A DNA stretch of 64,000 nucleotides, from NCBI GenBank assembly GCA_036398925.1, contig DASWOB010000096.1:67285-131284 (forward strand), read 5' to 3'. The notes under the pieces were generated by a model. That model made no database searches, was not told the DNA's origin, and was given only the letters and a program-made list of their open reading frames with translations. Origin of the DNA: Thermoanaerobaculia bacterium (GTDB taxonomy: Bacteria; Acidobacteriota; Thermoanaerobaculia; Gp7-AA8). Below, in pieces: positions 45,131 through 62,733 of the stretch. Numbering within the stretch: position 1 is the first letter of the stretch; every line of letters starts with the position of its first letter. Both the position numbers and the translations under genes were made by a program.

Positions 45131-45855
45131 GAATGGACCTCTTCGTCCGCGGCGTGGCGCTGCGGCGCGAGCAGGTGCCGTCGTTCGAGGTCCATCCGTT
45201 CAACGTGCCGGTCATCCGCGCGCTCGAGGAGATCGAGTTCGACCGGCAGGTGACGTTCCTCATCGGCGAGAACGGCTCCGGCAAGTCGACGCTCATCGAG
45301 GCGATCGCCGTGGCCAGCGGCTTCAACGCCGAGGGGGGCTCGAAGAACTTCCAGTTCGAGACGCATGCCTCGACCTCCGAGCTGCATCGCCACCTCTTCA
45401 TCACCCGGGGGCCGCGTCGGCCGACGGACGGCTTCTTTCTGCGGGCGGAGAGCTTCTTCAACGTCGCCAGCGAGATCGACCGGCTGGACGTGAAGGCGTG
45501 GTACGGCGGCAGGTCGCTGCACGAGATGTCGCACGGCGAATCGTTCTTCACGCTGCTCAACGAGCGGCTCATCGGCGGCGGCCTCTACATCTTCGACGAG
45601 CCGGAGGCGGCGCTTTCCCCGACCCGGCAGATGGCCATGCTCACGCGGATGCACGAGCTGGTGCTCGACGCCTCGCAGCTCATCATCGCCACGCACTCGC
45701 CGATCCTCATGGCGTACCCGAACGCCGCCATCTATGAGATCGCGGACGGCGAGATCCGGCGGGTGGAGTACGAGGAGACGGAGCACTACCGCATCACGCG
45801 GCAGTTCTTCACCCATCGCGAGCGGATGCTGCGCGTTCTGCTCGGCGGTGACTGA
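45127..45855 (+). CDS. Small ABC-type (AAA_21/SMC-like) ATPase, 242 aa
   Basis: Walker A GENGSGKST, Walker B LYIFDEPEAALSP, H-loop IIATHSP; ATGA overlap with rlmB. Confidence 0.8.
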   Translation: MRMDLFVRGVALRREQVPSFEVHPFNVPVIRALEEIEFDRQVTFLIGENGSGKSTLIEAIAVASGFNAEGGSKNFQFETHASTSELHRHLFITRGPRRPTDGFFLRAESFFNVASEIDRLDVKAWYGGRSLHEMSHGESFFTLLNERLIGGGLYIFDEPEAALSPTRQMAMLTRMHELVLDASQLIIATHSPILMAYPNAAIYEIADGEIRRVEYEETEHYRITRQFFTHRERMLRVLLGGD

Positions 45856-45918
45856 GAAGGTGCCGATGTCCTGAGTTGAGGACGCTCGGCCAGGGTTGAG
45901 TCCGTCGGTAGCATAGTC

Positions 45919-46275
45919 GACGCGATTGATTGCACCGGCGATGTCATCGATTGCATCCGCGATGCGATCGATTGCATCGGCGATGTCATCGATTGCATGC
46001 GCGATGCGATCGATTGCATCCGCGATGTCATCGATTGCATGCGCGATGCGATCGATTGCATCCGCGATGTCATCGATTGCACCGGCGATGCGATCGATTG
46101 CATCGGCGATGTCATCGATTGCACCCGCGATGCGATCGATTGCACCGGCGATGCGATCGATTGCACCCGCGATGTCATCGATTGCACCGGCGATGCGATC
46201 GATTGCACCCGCGACGTCATCGATTGCATCGGCGATGCGACCGATTGCATCGGCGAAGAGATCGATCGCTTCGGC
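45919..46275. repeat. Tandem array of ~17 x 21-bp units (alternating GATGTCATCGATTGCA / GATGCGATCGATTGCA cores; 42-bp higher-order period); all six frames open
   Basis: Read directly; units contain ATCGAT palindrome core; minus frame would encode (AIDRIAG/AIDDIAD)n heptads. Confidence 0.9.
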
Positions 46276-46477
46276 CATCCCATCGGCGGGGTCATGGCTC
46301 AGGCGTGACGCACCTCCCTCGCGGGCGCGAACACGCTCCAATTCCCGGAATAGGTTCCGCTTGCGTGCCGTTTGGCACTCTGCTATAACCCGCAGTTCTT
46401 CGGCCGCCGCTCGTGCGTGGAGCCATCCAACGACGCAGTGCAGAAGGCTGTTGTGTCTTTGAAATGAAGGAATTGGC

Positions 46478-46553
46478 GCTGGCATAGCTCAGTTGGTAGA
46501 GCAGCTGATTTGTAATCAGCAGGTCGCGGGTTCGAGTCCCGTCGCCAGCTCCA
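46478..46553 (+). tRNA. tRNA-Thr (anticodon UGU)
   Basis: Cloverleaf: TAGCTCAGTTGGTAGAGCA D-arm, anticodon loop tTTGTAa, GGTTCGAGTCC T-arm, encoded CCA. Confidence 0.9.
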
Positions 46554-46575
46554 GAAGCAACGGGAGTCTCAGCGT

Positions 46576-46662
46576 GGAGAGATGGCTGAGCGGCTAAAAG
46601 CAGCAGACTGTAAATCTGCCGGTCCATGACCTACGGAGGTTCGAATCCTCCTCTCTCCACCA
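46576..46662 (+). tRNA. tRNA-Tyr (anticodon GUA), long variable arm
   Basis: GGAGAGA...TCTCTCC acceptor, loop ctGTAaa, GGTTCGAATCC. Confidence 0.9.
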
Positions 46663-46670
46663 CTAGAAAC

Positions 46671-46760
46671 AGCTCTTGGCTGTTGGCTCTTAGCTCTTAG
46701 GGAAGGCCGTCGCGCGAGGCCGTCGTTCTCCTAAGAGCTAACAGCTAAGAGCCAACAGCT
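46671..46760. repeat. Hairpin element (AGCTCTT/GGCTGTT units) between tRNA-Tyr and tRNA-Gly
   Basis: agctcttggctgttggctcttagctcttaggg - loop with cgcgcg - ctaagagctaacagctaagagccaacagct. Confidence 0.85.
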
Positions 46761-46763
46761 CGT

Positions 46764-46838
46764 GCGGGAGTAACTCAGGGGTAGAGTCACAGCCTTCCAA
46801 GCTGTTGGTCGCGGGTTCGAATCCCGTCTCCCGCTCCA
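46764..46838 (+). tRNA. tRNA-Gly (anticodon UCC)
   Basis: Loop cTTCCAa, GGTTCGAATCC T-arm. Confidence 0.9.
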
Positions 46839-46854
46839 AAAGCCGGAAATCAGT

Positions 46855-46930
46855 GCCCTCGTAGCTCAGGGGTAGAGCACGTCCTTGGTAAGGACGGGGT
46901 CACGAGTTCAAATCTCGTCGAGGGCTCCAT
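46855..46930 (+). tRNA. tRNA-Thr (anticodon GGU)
   Basis: Loop cTTGGTAa, GTTCAAATC T-arm. Confidence 0.9.
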
Positions 46931-46956
46931 TTACTAAAGTCAGGCGGAATCAGTCA

Positions 46957-47115
46957 TGGCGGCAACGCGCGAGATCATCACGCTGGCCTGCACCGAGTGC
47001 AAGCGGCGCAACTACACGACGACGAAGAACAAGAAGACCACGACCGAGAAGCTCGAGCTGAAGAAGTTCTGCCGGCACGATCGGAAGCGGACCGTTCATC
47101 GCGAGACGAAGTAAC
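46957..47115 (+). CDS. rpmG: 50S ribosomal protein L33
   Basis: 52 aa [27 protein letters not shown]... (below ORF-track length cutoff, translated by hand). Confidence 0.9.
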
Positions 47116-47177
47116 CACATCTCCTCAGGGAATGAACGAGGGGGCATCCGCCTTCTCAGCAGTTTGTGTCGCTCTGC

Positions 47178-47253
<76 letters not shown>

Positions 47254-47265
47254 AATTTTACAGAC

Positions 47266-47327
47266 GCTCTCAGCTCGTAGCTCTCCGCTGCCGGGTTCGC
47301 CGGAGGGGAGTGCTAAAGCTGAGAGCT
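47266..47327. repeat. Hairpin (gctctcagctcgtagctctcc ... aggggagtgctaaagctgagagc) between tRNA-Trp and secE; possible processing/attenuation structure
   Basis: Imperfect inverted repeat read directly. Confidence 0.7.
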
Positions 47328-47344
47328 GTCTTTCGAGGTCAGCA

Positions 47345-47596
47345 ATGTCGGAAGAGAAGCAGGGCAGCACAGCCGTCGCCAAGCCGAAGCAGTGGTGGCT
47401 TTCCACCAAGGAGTTCTTCCGCGACACGAACGGCGAGATGAAGAAGGTCACGTGGCCCACGAAGAATGAAGTGGTCGGGACGACGATGGTCGTCATCTTC
47501 GCCACCATCCTCTTCGCGGTCTTCCTGTGGGGGTGCGACCTCGCCTTCTACAAGGCCATCGATTTCCTCTTCAAGAGCTTTGGAGCCGGCGCCTAA
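47345..47596 (+). CDS. secE: Preprotein translocase subunit SecE
   Basis: Single C-terminal TM, FFRDTNGEMKKVTWPT. Confidence 0.92.
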   Translation: MSEEKQGSTAVAKPKQWWLSTKEFFRDTNGEMKKVTWPTKNEVVGTTMVVIFATILFAVFLWGCDLAFYKAIDFLFKSFGAGA

Positions 47597-47599
47597 ACC

Positions 47600-48184
47600 A
47601 TGGTCGACACGACCGTACAGAAGCAGTGGTACATCGTCCACACCTACTCCGGATTCGAGGAGCGGGTGAAGGAGAACCTCAACCAGCGCATCGACGCCCT
47701 CGGTATGCGTCCGAAGTTCGGCGAGATCAAGATCCCGACCGAGACTCTGATCGAGATGAAGGGCGGCAAGAAGCGCGAGGTCCAGCGCAAGTTCTTCCCG
47801 GGGTACATCCTCGTGGAAATGGACATGACGGACGATGCGTGGCACCTGGTCAAGAACACTCCCAAGGTCACCGGCTTCGTCGGCACCGGCAAGAAACCGA
47901 CCCCGCTCACGCAGGAAGAGGTCGATCAGATCCTGACGCAGGTCGTCACGACCAAGGAAAAGCCGAAGCCGAAGCACGTCTACGAGCACGGCGAGCACGT
48001 CCGGATCATCGACGGCCCGTTCTCGAACTTCACCGGCGTCGTCGAAGAGGTCAACCTCGACCGCAACACCCTCAAGGTCATGGTCACGATCTTCGGCCGC
48101 TCCACGCCAGTCGAGCTCGACTTTCTGCAGGTGGCCCGCTACGACGCCACCGACGAGCAGCAGGGCGCTCCGAAGCCGCGGTAA
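47600..48184 (+). CDS. nusG: Transcription termination/antitermination factor NusG
   Basis: [14 protein letters not shown] domain, KOW C-terminus. Confidence 0.95.
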   Translation: MVDTTVQKQWYIVHTYSGFEERVKENLNQRIDALGMRPKFGEIKIPTETLIEMKGGKKREVQRKFFPGYILVEMDMTDDAWHLVKNTPKVTGFVGTGKKPTPLTQEEVDQILTQVVTTKEKPKPKHVYEHGEHVRIIDGPFSNFTGVVEEVNLDRNTLKVMVTIFGRSTPVELDFLQVARYDATDEQQGAPKPR

Positions 48185-48233
48185 AGACAAAGATCAACTA
48201 TCAACGCGAGCAGTCAGCGCGTAAGGATTCGTT

Positions 48234-48659
48234 ATGGCTAAGAAGGTTACTGGTTACATCAAGCTTCAGATCCCTGCCGGCGCCGCCACTCCCGCTCCGC
48301 CGGTCGGTCCGGCTCTCGGCCAGCACGGCGTGAACATCATGGAGTTCTGCAAGACGTTCAACGCGCGCACGCAGAAAGACTCCGGCCTCATCATCCCGGT
48401 GGTGATCACGGTCTTCTCCGACCGTACCTTCACCTTCATCACCAAGACTCCGCCGGCGGCGATCCTGCTGCTCAAGGCGGCCGGTCTGCAGAAGGGCTCG
48501 GGTGTGCCGAACAAGACCAAGGTCGGCAAGGTCACGCGCAAGCAGGTCGAGGACATCGCCAAGCTGAAGATGCCGGATCTGAACGCCGCCTCCGTGGAAG
48601 CGGCCGTTCGTACGGTCGAGGGCACGGCGCGGTCGATGGGCCTCGAAGTCCAGGACTAA
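48234..48659 (+). CDS. rplK: 50S ribosomal protein L11
   Basis: [34 protein letters not shown]. Confidence 0.95.
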   Translation: MAKKVTGYIKLQIPAGAATPAPPVGPALGQHGVNIMEFCKTFNARTQKDSGLIIPVVITVFSDRTFTFITKTPPAAILLLKAAGLQKGSGVPNKTKVGKVTRKQVEDIAKLKMPDLNAASVEAAVRTVEGTARSMGLEVQD

Positions 48660-48750
48660 GCAAATTTTGAAGCGCCGCGGCGTGTAGCCGTGGCAATCAA
48701 CAACGTAGGAGGCATGTGGCAACACACGCCGTCTGCACTACGGAGGTGAA

Positions 48751-49452
48751 ATGGCCAAACACGGCAAGAAGTATCGTGCTGCGGCCGAGAAGGTCGAGCA
48801 GCGGCCGTATCAGCTGGACGAGGCGTTTGGTCTGCTCAAGCAGATCGCATTCGCCAAGTTCAACGAGACGGTCGAGCTCTCGATGCTCCTCGGCGTCGAT
48901 CCCAAGCACGCCGATCAGATGGTCCGAGGTACGACCGTGCTCCCGCACGGCACCGGCCAGACCAAGCGCGTGCTCGTGATTGCCCAGGGCGACAAACAGA
49001 GGGAAGCGACCGAAGCGGGCGCCGACCTCGTGGGCGGCGACGAGATCGTCGAGCGGATTCAGGGTGGCTGGACCGATTTCGACGCCGTCATCGCCACGCC
49101 GGACATGATGCGTTCCGTCGGTAAGCTCGGTAAGGTGCTCGGCCCTCGCGGCCTGATGCCGAACCCGAAGACCGGCACCGTCACGTTCGACGTCGCCAAG
49201 GCGATCCAGGAGATCAAGGCCGGTAAGGTGGAGTTCCGCGTCGACAAGACCGCGATCATCCACGTTCCGGTCGGAAAGATCTCTTTTTCCGCGGACCAGC
49301 TCAAGGACAACGCCTCGGCGATCATCAACGCCGTCCGCAAGGCGAAGCCGCCGGCTGCAAAGGGCAAGTACGTCCGCTCCATCTACATCTCGTCGACCAT
49401 GAGCCCGTCTCTCGAAATCGACGCGGGTGTGGCCGAGACGAAGGCTGAATAA
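48751..49452 (+). CDS. rplA: 50S ribosomal protein L1
   Basis: 233 aa L1 family. Confidence 0.95.
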   Translation: MAKHGKKYRAAAEKVEQRPYQLDEAFGLLKQIAFAKFNETVELSMLLGVDPKHADQMVRGTTVLPHGTGQTKRVLVIAQGDKQREATEAGADLVGGDEIVERIQGGWTDFDAVIATPDMMRSVGKLGKVLGPRGLMPNPKTGTVTFDVAKAIQEIKAGKVEFRVDKTAIIHVPVGKISFSADQLKDNASAIINAVRKAKPPAAKGKYVRSIYISSTMSPSLEIDAGVAETKAE

Positions 49453-49461
49453 GGAGGGAGC

Positions 49462-50031
49462 ATGAATCGCGATAACAAGACACAAGCGATCTCCGAGTTC
49501 GCCGAAGGGATCGGGCAGGCCACCAACGCCTTTCTGATCTCGTTCAAAGGCATCACCGTTCCGCAGGTCACGGAGCTGCGCAAGCAGGTTCGTGAGTCGG
49601 GCAGCGAGTACGTGGTCGTCAAGAACACGCTTGCGCTCATCGCCGTCAAGGACTCCCCGCTCGTCGCGCTCCGCGACCAGTTCACGGGCGAGACCGCGGT
49701 GGCGTTCAACCAGACGGACGCGGTGGCGCTGGCCAAGGCGCTGACGAAGTTCGCCAAAGATGTTCCGGCCATTCAGTTCAAGGGCGCAATGCTCGGCGGC
49801 CAGATCGTTCCGGCGGCTCAGATTCAGGCGATTGCCAGCCTTCCTTCGCGCGAGGAGCTGATCTCGAAGCTGCTGTATCTCATGCAGCATCCGATCCGCG
49901 GACTCGCGGTGGTCCTGAACGGCACGATCCGCAACATCGCGGTGGTGCTCGATCAGATCGCCAAACAGAAGGGTGGCGGCGGCGACGCCGAAGCGGCACC
50001 GGCCGAAGCAGCGGCGGAAGCGAACGCGTAA
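49462..50031 (+). CDS. rplJ: 50S ribosomal protein L10
   Basis: 189 aa. Confidence 0.93.
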   Translation: MNRDNKTQAISEFAEGIGQATNAFLISFKGITVPQVTELRKQVRESGSEYVVVKNTLALIAVKDSPLVALRDQFTGETAVAFNQTDAVALAKALTKFAKDVPAIQFKGAMLGGQIVPAAQIQAIASLPSREELISKLLYLMQHPIRGLAVVLNGTIRNIAVVLDQIAKQKGGGGDAEAAPAEAAAEANA

Positions 50032-50087
50032 TTCACATGGCGCGGCTCGCCCGTCGGGCCGCTTGGGATTGATTCACACAGATCTAT

Positions 50088-50483
50088 TTGGAGGCTGAAA
50101 TGGCTATTTCTACGGAAGATTTCGTGAAGCAGATTGAAACGATGTCGGTTCTCGACCTGGCGAACCTCGTCAAGGCTCTCGAGGAGCGCTTCGGTGTTTC
50201 GGCCGCGGCCGCCGCGGTTGCGGCTCCGGCTGCTGCCGCCCCGGGTGCCGCCGCGGCTCCGGCCGAGGAGCAGACCGAGTTCACCGTCGTCCTGACGGAC
50301 GCGGGCGACAAGAAGATCAACGTCATCAAGGCGGTCCGCGAGGTCACTTCGCTCGGTCTGAAGGAAGCGAAGGATCTGGTCGAGGGTGCGCCCCAGACGA
50401 TCAAGGAAGGCGTGTCGAAGGACGAAGCCGCCAAGATCAAGAAGGCGTTCGAAGACGCCGGCGCCAAGGTCACCGTCAAGTAA
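50088..50483 (+). CDS. rplL: 50S ribosomal protein L7/L12
   Basis: Ala-rich hinge, C-terminal [11 protein letters not shown]. Confidence 0.95.
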   Translation: MEAEMAISTEDFVKQIETMSVLDLANLVKALEERFGVSAAAAAVAAPAAAAPGAAAAPAEEQTEFTVVLTDAGDKKINVIKAVREVTSLGLKEAKDLVEGAPQTIKEGVSKDEAAKIKKAFEDAGAKVTVK

Positions 50484-50503
50484 CTTCGCCGCGTTGCGAA
50501 GCG

Positions 50504-50536
50504 CTCCGGGCGGAAGAAATTCCGTCCGGAGCTTTG
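50504..50536 (+). terminator. rplL-rpoB intergenic attenuator-like hairpin (ctccgggcgg-aagaaatt-ccgtccggag + cttt)
   Basis: Hairpin with weak T-run; position matches the attenuator known in other bacteria. Confidence 0.5.
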
Positions 50537-50679
50537 TCGTCTCTGTAGAATAGAAGTTCCCGGAGTCGGAAAGGGGGGGAGCGGCCCTTTCCACATGGCT
50601 CCACCCCCGCATGTCACTCCTGGCGTTGCCTGCCCGGAGCCCTGCCTGATGCAGCACCACCACAATCTAAGGAGTTCGA

Positions 50680-54966
<4,287 letters not shown>

Positions 54967-54972
54967 GAACGC

Positions 54973-55161
54973 ATGGGACGTAAAGTGACGACTCTCGCGA
55001 AAATGCCGAACCCCTCGTGCCGTGCCTGTCACGGCATGGGGGCCATCCGCATGACGGCGCATTTCCATACCGGCGACCACGAGTGGGAAGCGCCGTGCTG
55101 GGAGTGCTTCGGCACCAGCGTCCGCGTCCATTTCCCGAAGCCGCAGAGTACGGACAACTAA
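54973..55161 (+). CDS. Small Cys-rich (CxxC-H...CxxC) hypothetical protein between rpoB and rpoC
   Basis: 62 aa, GC3 ~80%, AGGAA upstream, ends TAA 24 nt before rpoC SD. Confidence 0.5.
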   Translation: MGRKVTTLAKMPNPSCRACHGMGAIRMTAHFHTGDHEWEAPCWECFGTSVRVHFPKPQSTDN

Positions 55162-55187
55162 TTCGCCCTGACTAAGGGAGGCGCAAA

Positions 55188-59420
<4,233 letters not shown>

Positions 59421-59442
59421 TCAGTTCCGTTGCTCAAGTGAA

Positions 59443-59478
59443 TTCGGGCGGCCTGATGTTCGGGCCGCCCGAATGTTC
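59443..59478 (+). terminator. Putative rpoC terminator hairpin (ttcgggcggcc...ggccgcccgaa)
   Basis: Strong GC hairpin, poor T-run. Confidence 0.4.
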
Positions 59479-59489
59479 GCAGGACAGGC

Positions 59490-59906
59490 ATGCACCACTC
59501 GCTCGGCCTCATCTCACTCGTCGTCCGCGACTGCGACGAGGCACTCGCGTTCTTCGTCGGCACGCTTGGCTTCGCGCTCGTCGAAGACATCCTGGTCCCG
59601 GAGCAGAACAAGCGCTGGGTCGTCGTCCGGCCGCGCGGCGGAAGCGGCGCCAACCTGCTGCTCGCCCGAGCCTCCAACGACGAGCAAGCCTCCCGCATCG
59701 GCAACCAGACCGGCGGCCGCGTCTTCCTCTTCCTCTACACCGACGACTTTCACCGAGACTACAACGCCTTCCGAGCAAAGGGCGTCCGCTTCGTCCGCGA
59801 GCCGAAGGAAGAGCCGTACGGCACGGTGGCGGTGTTCGAGGATCTGTACGGGAACCTGTGGGATCTGGTGCAGCCGTCGCAGCAGCCGGCCCGCCCGATC
59901 ACGTAG
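59490..59906 (+). CDS. VOC/glyoxalase-bleomycin resistance family protein
   Basis: 138 aa, paired beta-alpha-beta-beta-beta modules; HSLGLISLVVRD. Confidence 0.7.
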   Translation: MHHSLGLISLVVRDCDEALAFFVGTLGFALVEDILVPEQNKRWVVVRPRGGSGANLLLARASNDEQASRIGNQTGGRVFLFLYTDDFHRDYNAFRAKGVRFVREPKEEPYGTVAVFEDLYGNLWDLVQPSQQPARPIT

Positions 59907-59918
59907 ACTGCCGCCGAC

Positions 59919-61061
59919 GTGCTCGACCGCAATCTCATTATCAAGGCCGAAAAGTGGGCGATCTGGATCGCGCTCATCGCGGTTCTCTATCTCCTCCGGC
60001 ATCTCTTTCCGATCTTCTTCCTCACCTTCGTCCTCTCGTACATTGGCAATACCGCCGTGAACGTGATGACGCGGCGTTTCAAGCGGCGGAAGGTCAACGT
60101 GTTCATCGTCTACGTCATCCTCCTGGCGTTGCTGATCGGTGGGGCGTTTGTGGTTGTGCCGCGCGTCCTGGCCGAGGCTCGCAATCTGGCGCGGCAGTAC
60201 ATCGAGACGGAGAGCGATGCGGACGCGGCACCCCAGGAGGGGATGGTGCGGCGCGAGGCGCGCGAGCTGATCGACGGCGTGATCGTCGGCGTGGCGGGGC
60301 GGCAGGAGTTCGAAGACTTTCGCCAGTCTGACGCCTATGCCGCGCTCGTCGCGCGCGTCGATGCCGCGGTAGCCTCAGCGACGCCGCGCGTGGTGAAGGA
60401 AGTGACGATCTTCGCGAATCACGCCTTCGTACTCGCGTCGCAGTTCGTGATCTCGATCATCCTCTCGTTCCTGATGCTGTGGGATCTGCCGAACACGCGC
60501 GCGCGGATGCGCCGCTTCGCCAACGGCCGCACCGCCGACGTCTATAGCGAGATTGCGCCGAGCCTCAGCGCGTTCAGCGTCACGCTCGGCCGCGCCTTCG
60601 AAGCGCAGACCGTGGTGGCGATCGTGAACGCGATCCTCTCCTCGATCGCCTTCATCGCGCTCGGGCTGCCGTCGATCGCTCTTCTGGCCACGATCGTCTT
60701 CTTCTGCTCGTACATCCCCATCGTCGGGATGATCCTCTCGACCATCCCCGCCGCGCTGCTCGCGCTGAAAGTCGGCGGGATCACGCACGTGCTCTGGCTG
60801 GTCGTTGCAATCATGGTCATTCACGCGGTCGAGGCGTACATGCTCAACCCGCTGATCTACGGCCGCCATCTGCGGCTGCATCCGCTGGCGGTGCTGGTGA
60901 TCCTGCTGATCGCGGAGCACATCTTCGGCCTCTGGGGCCTGCTGCTTGGTGTGCCGGTGGCGGCGTTCCTGATCAAGTACGTGCTGGAAGGGGGAGATCC
61001 GACGCGCCCCACTCCGAAGCCGGCGCACACGATCTCTTTACCACCGCCGTCCGAAGTCTGA
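59919..61061 (+). CDS. AI-2E family transporter (UPF0118/PerM-like)
   Basis: 8 TM, C-terminal IFGLWGLLLGVPVAAFL. Confidence 0.8.
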   Translation: MLDRNLIIKAEKWAIWIALIAVLYLLRHLFPIFFLTFVLSYIGNTAVNVMTRRFKRRKVNVFIVYVILLALLIGGAFVVVPRVLAEARNLARQYIETESDADAAPQEGMVRREARELIDGVIVGVAGRQEFEDFRQSDAYAALVARVDAAVASATPRVVKEVTIFANHAFVLASQFVISIILSFLMLWDLPNTRARMRRFANGRTADVYSEIAPSLSAFSVTLGRAFEAQTVVAIVNAILSSIAFIALGLPSIALLATIVFFCSYIPIVGMILSTIPAALLALKVGGITHVLWLVVAIMVIHAVEAYMLNPLIYGRHLRLHPLAVLVILLIAEHIFGLWGLLLGVPVAAFLIKYVLEGGDPTRPTPKPAHTISLPPPSEV

Positions 61062-61122
61062 CGCGCCGTCGCTCCTCGGCCGCGGAGCGACGACGCGGGT
61101 ATCTCAGCCGTCGGTGAAATCG

Positions 61123-62733
61123 CTAGTGGGAAGTAGCCTCGCGATGCACCTCGAGCTCGAGCGTTCCTTCCGTCTGCCCTTCGCGACTTCCACGGAAAGA
61201 AACCCTCCGGCGGACGACACCATCTTCCGCCGCTTCATTCGTCGCTTCGAACATCCGCACGCGGGGCAGGCCGGCCTCGCCTTCAGGCGGCGCCGGAAGC
61301 TCGCGCGCGCCGGCAGCACGGCGCTCCAACACGATCACATCGCGCTCACCATCGGCGGCCGCGGGAGCGCGCTCGATGATTGCCTCGCGGCCCGGCGCCG
61401 GCATCCTGATGTGGAAACGCTCGCGCGCTCCTTCCGGCAGCTTGTCGGCCACGACGCCCGTATCGCGGAAGTGCAGCGCGAGGCCGAGCGAGTCGAACGT
61501 CTCGGCGAGGATGATGTGCGCCGGGACGTTCGTGGCGTTCAGATTGAACGTGGTCTTCGCCGCGGCGTCACCGAGGGCACCCTCGGCGAAGGTGACCATC
61601 ACGCCGGTGCGCTGCGTGACGAGGTTCGCGATGTCGTGCACCGACGCCCTGGTGAGCTGCGCGTGCACGTTCGTCTCGAGCTGGCGCATCACGCCCTCGG
61701 CGGCGGGGCTGAGCGGCTCCGCGATGCGGCGGTGGAACATCTGCTCGCCGGCGACGGCGTCGGTGAGGCTGGCCAGCGCAATGACGGCGACGAGCGCGGC
61801 AAACAGAAACGAGGAACGGCGCTGCGGCCTGTAGGCAGCAATCATCATGATTCTCCTTTTCAGTTGTTGGTGGGTGGCGGTCATCCCGACCAGACCGGGT
61901 GCGGGCGAGGGCTGCCGCATCCGATCCAGCACGGCCAGGACCGTTCCGCCGTAGGCGCTTCGTTCGTCGGCGCGGAGACGCTCCAGTGCGAGGGCATCGC
62001 ACGCGAGCTCCCGCTCCTCCGCGATGCGTGCGGCGGCGAGATGGACCAGCGGGTTGAACCAGTGAAGTGCCTGGGCAAAGGTGGTCAGCCAGTTGACCAG
62101 TACGTCGGCACGGCGCAGGTGCGCCAGCTCGTGCAGCAGCACGAAGCGCAACTGCTCCTGCGAAAACGACTCGGTGAAGCCGCGCGGCAGAAGAAGCATC
62201 GGCCGCAGCCAGCCGTGCAGCGACGGCGTGGCCACCGCGGCGGTCTCGAACGCGCGTACCCGCCGGCGGACGCCGAGCGACGCCCGGCATTCATCGATCA
62301 GCGGCAGTGCGATCTCGACACGGTCGCGCAGCAGCCGTCGCAGCGCACGCGAACGGACCAGGGCGCGCAGCAATACGAACGCGCATCCGGACGCCCACGC
62401 CGCGAGCAAGGCCATGACCATCGGTTCGAGCCGCCGCGCCGGCGCCTCGAGCGGCACGCGCAGCGGTACGGTCTGGCGCGGCAGCGGCGCGGCCGTCTCG
62501 AAGAAGATCGGCGCCGGTGCGACCAGCTCCGCCCGCGGCGCGAGATTGAAGATGCTGAAGCTCGCCTCCGGCGCGATCGGCATCAGCAGGCGCACCACGG
62601 CGATGAGCAGCAGCGCATGCATCCAGCGCGACGCGATGCGCCCGCGCACGAGCGCGCGCAAAAGCAGGGCGAAGGCGATCACCAGCGATCCCTTCAAGGT
62701 TGCGGAGAGAAGCCACGTCATCACGACGCTCAT
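61123..62733 (-). CDS. BlaR1/MecR1-family M56 peptidase sensor-transducer
   Basis: N-terminal TM helices, HELAHLRRAD zinc metalloprotease motif. Confidence 0.85.
   Translation of the reverse strand: MSVVMTWLLSATLKGSLVIAFALLLRALVRGRIASRWMHALLLIAVVRLLMPIAPEASFSIFNLAPRAELVAPAPIFFETAAPLPRQTVPLRVPLEAPARRLEPMVMALLAAWASGCAFVLLRALVRSRALRRLLRDRVEIALPLIDECRASLGVRRRVRAFETAAVATPSLHGWLRPMLLLPRGFTESFSQEQLRFVLLHELAHLRRADVLVNWLTTFAQALHWFNPLVHLAAARIAEERELACDALALERLRADERSAYGGTVLAVLDRMRQPSPAPGLVGMTATHQQLKRRIMMIAAYRPQRRSSFLFAALVAVIALASLTDAVAGEQMFHRRIAEPLSPAAEGVMRQLETNVHAQLTRASVHDIANLVTQRTGVMVTFAEGALGDAAAKTTFNLNATNVPAHIILAETFDSLGLALHFRDTGVVADKLPEGARERFHIRMPAPGREAIIERAPAAADGERDVIVLERRAAGARELPAPPEGEAGLPRVRMFEATNEAAEDGVVRRRVSFRGSREGQTEGTLELEVHREATSH

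Noticed and set aside
45919-46275. CRISPR array
   Set aside because: The 21-bp units are contiguous with no spacers, and there are no cas genes in the window.
45100-46485. 461-aa minus ORF encoding (AIDRIAG)n heptad protein
   Set aside because: It is not called as a CDS. The frame continues antisense through the ABC-like ATPase gene without a stop, and all six frames are open across the 21-bp array. It is kept as a repeat feature, with the coding possibility noted.
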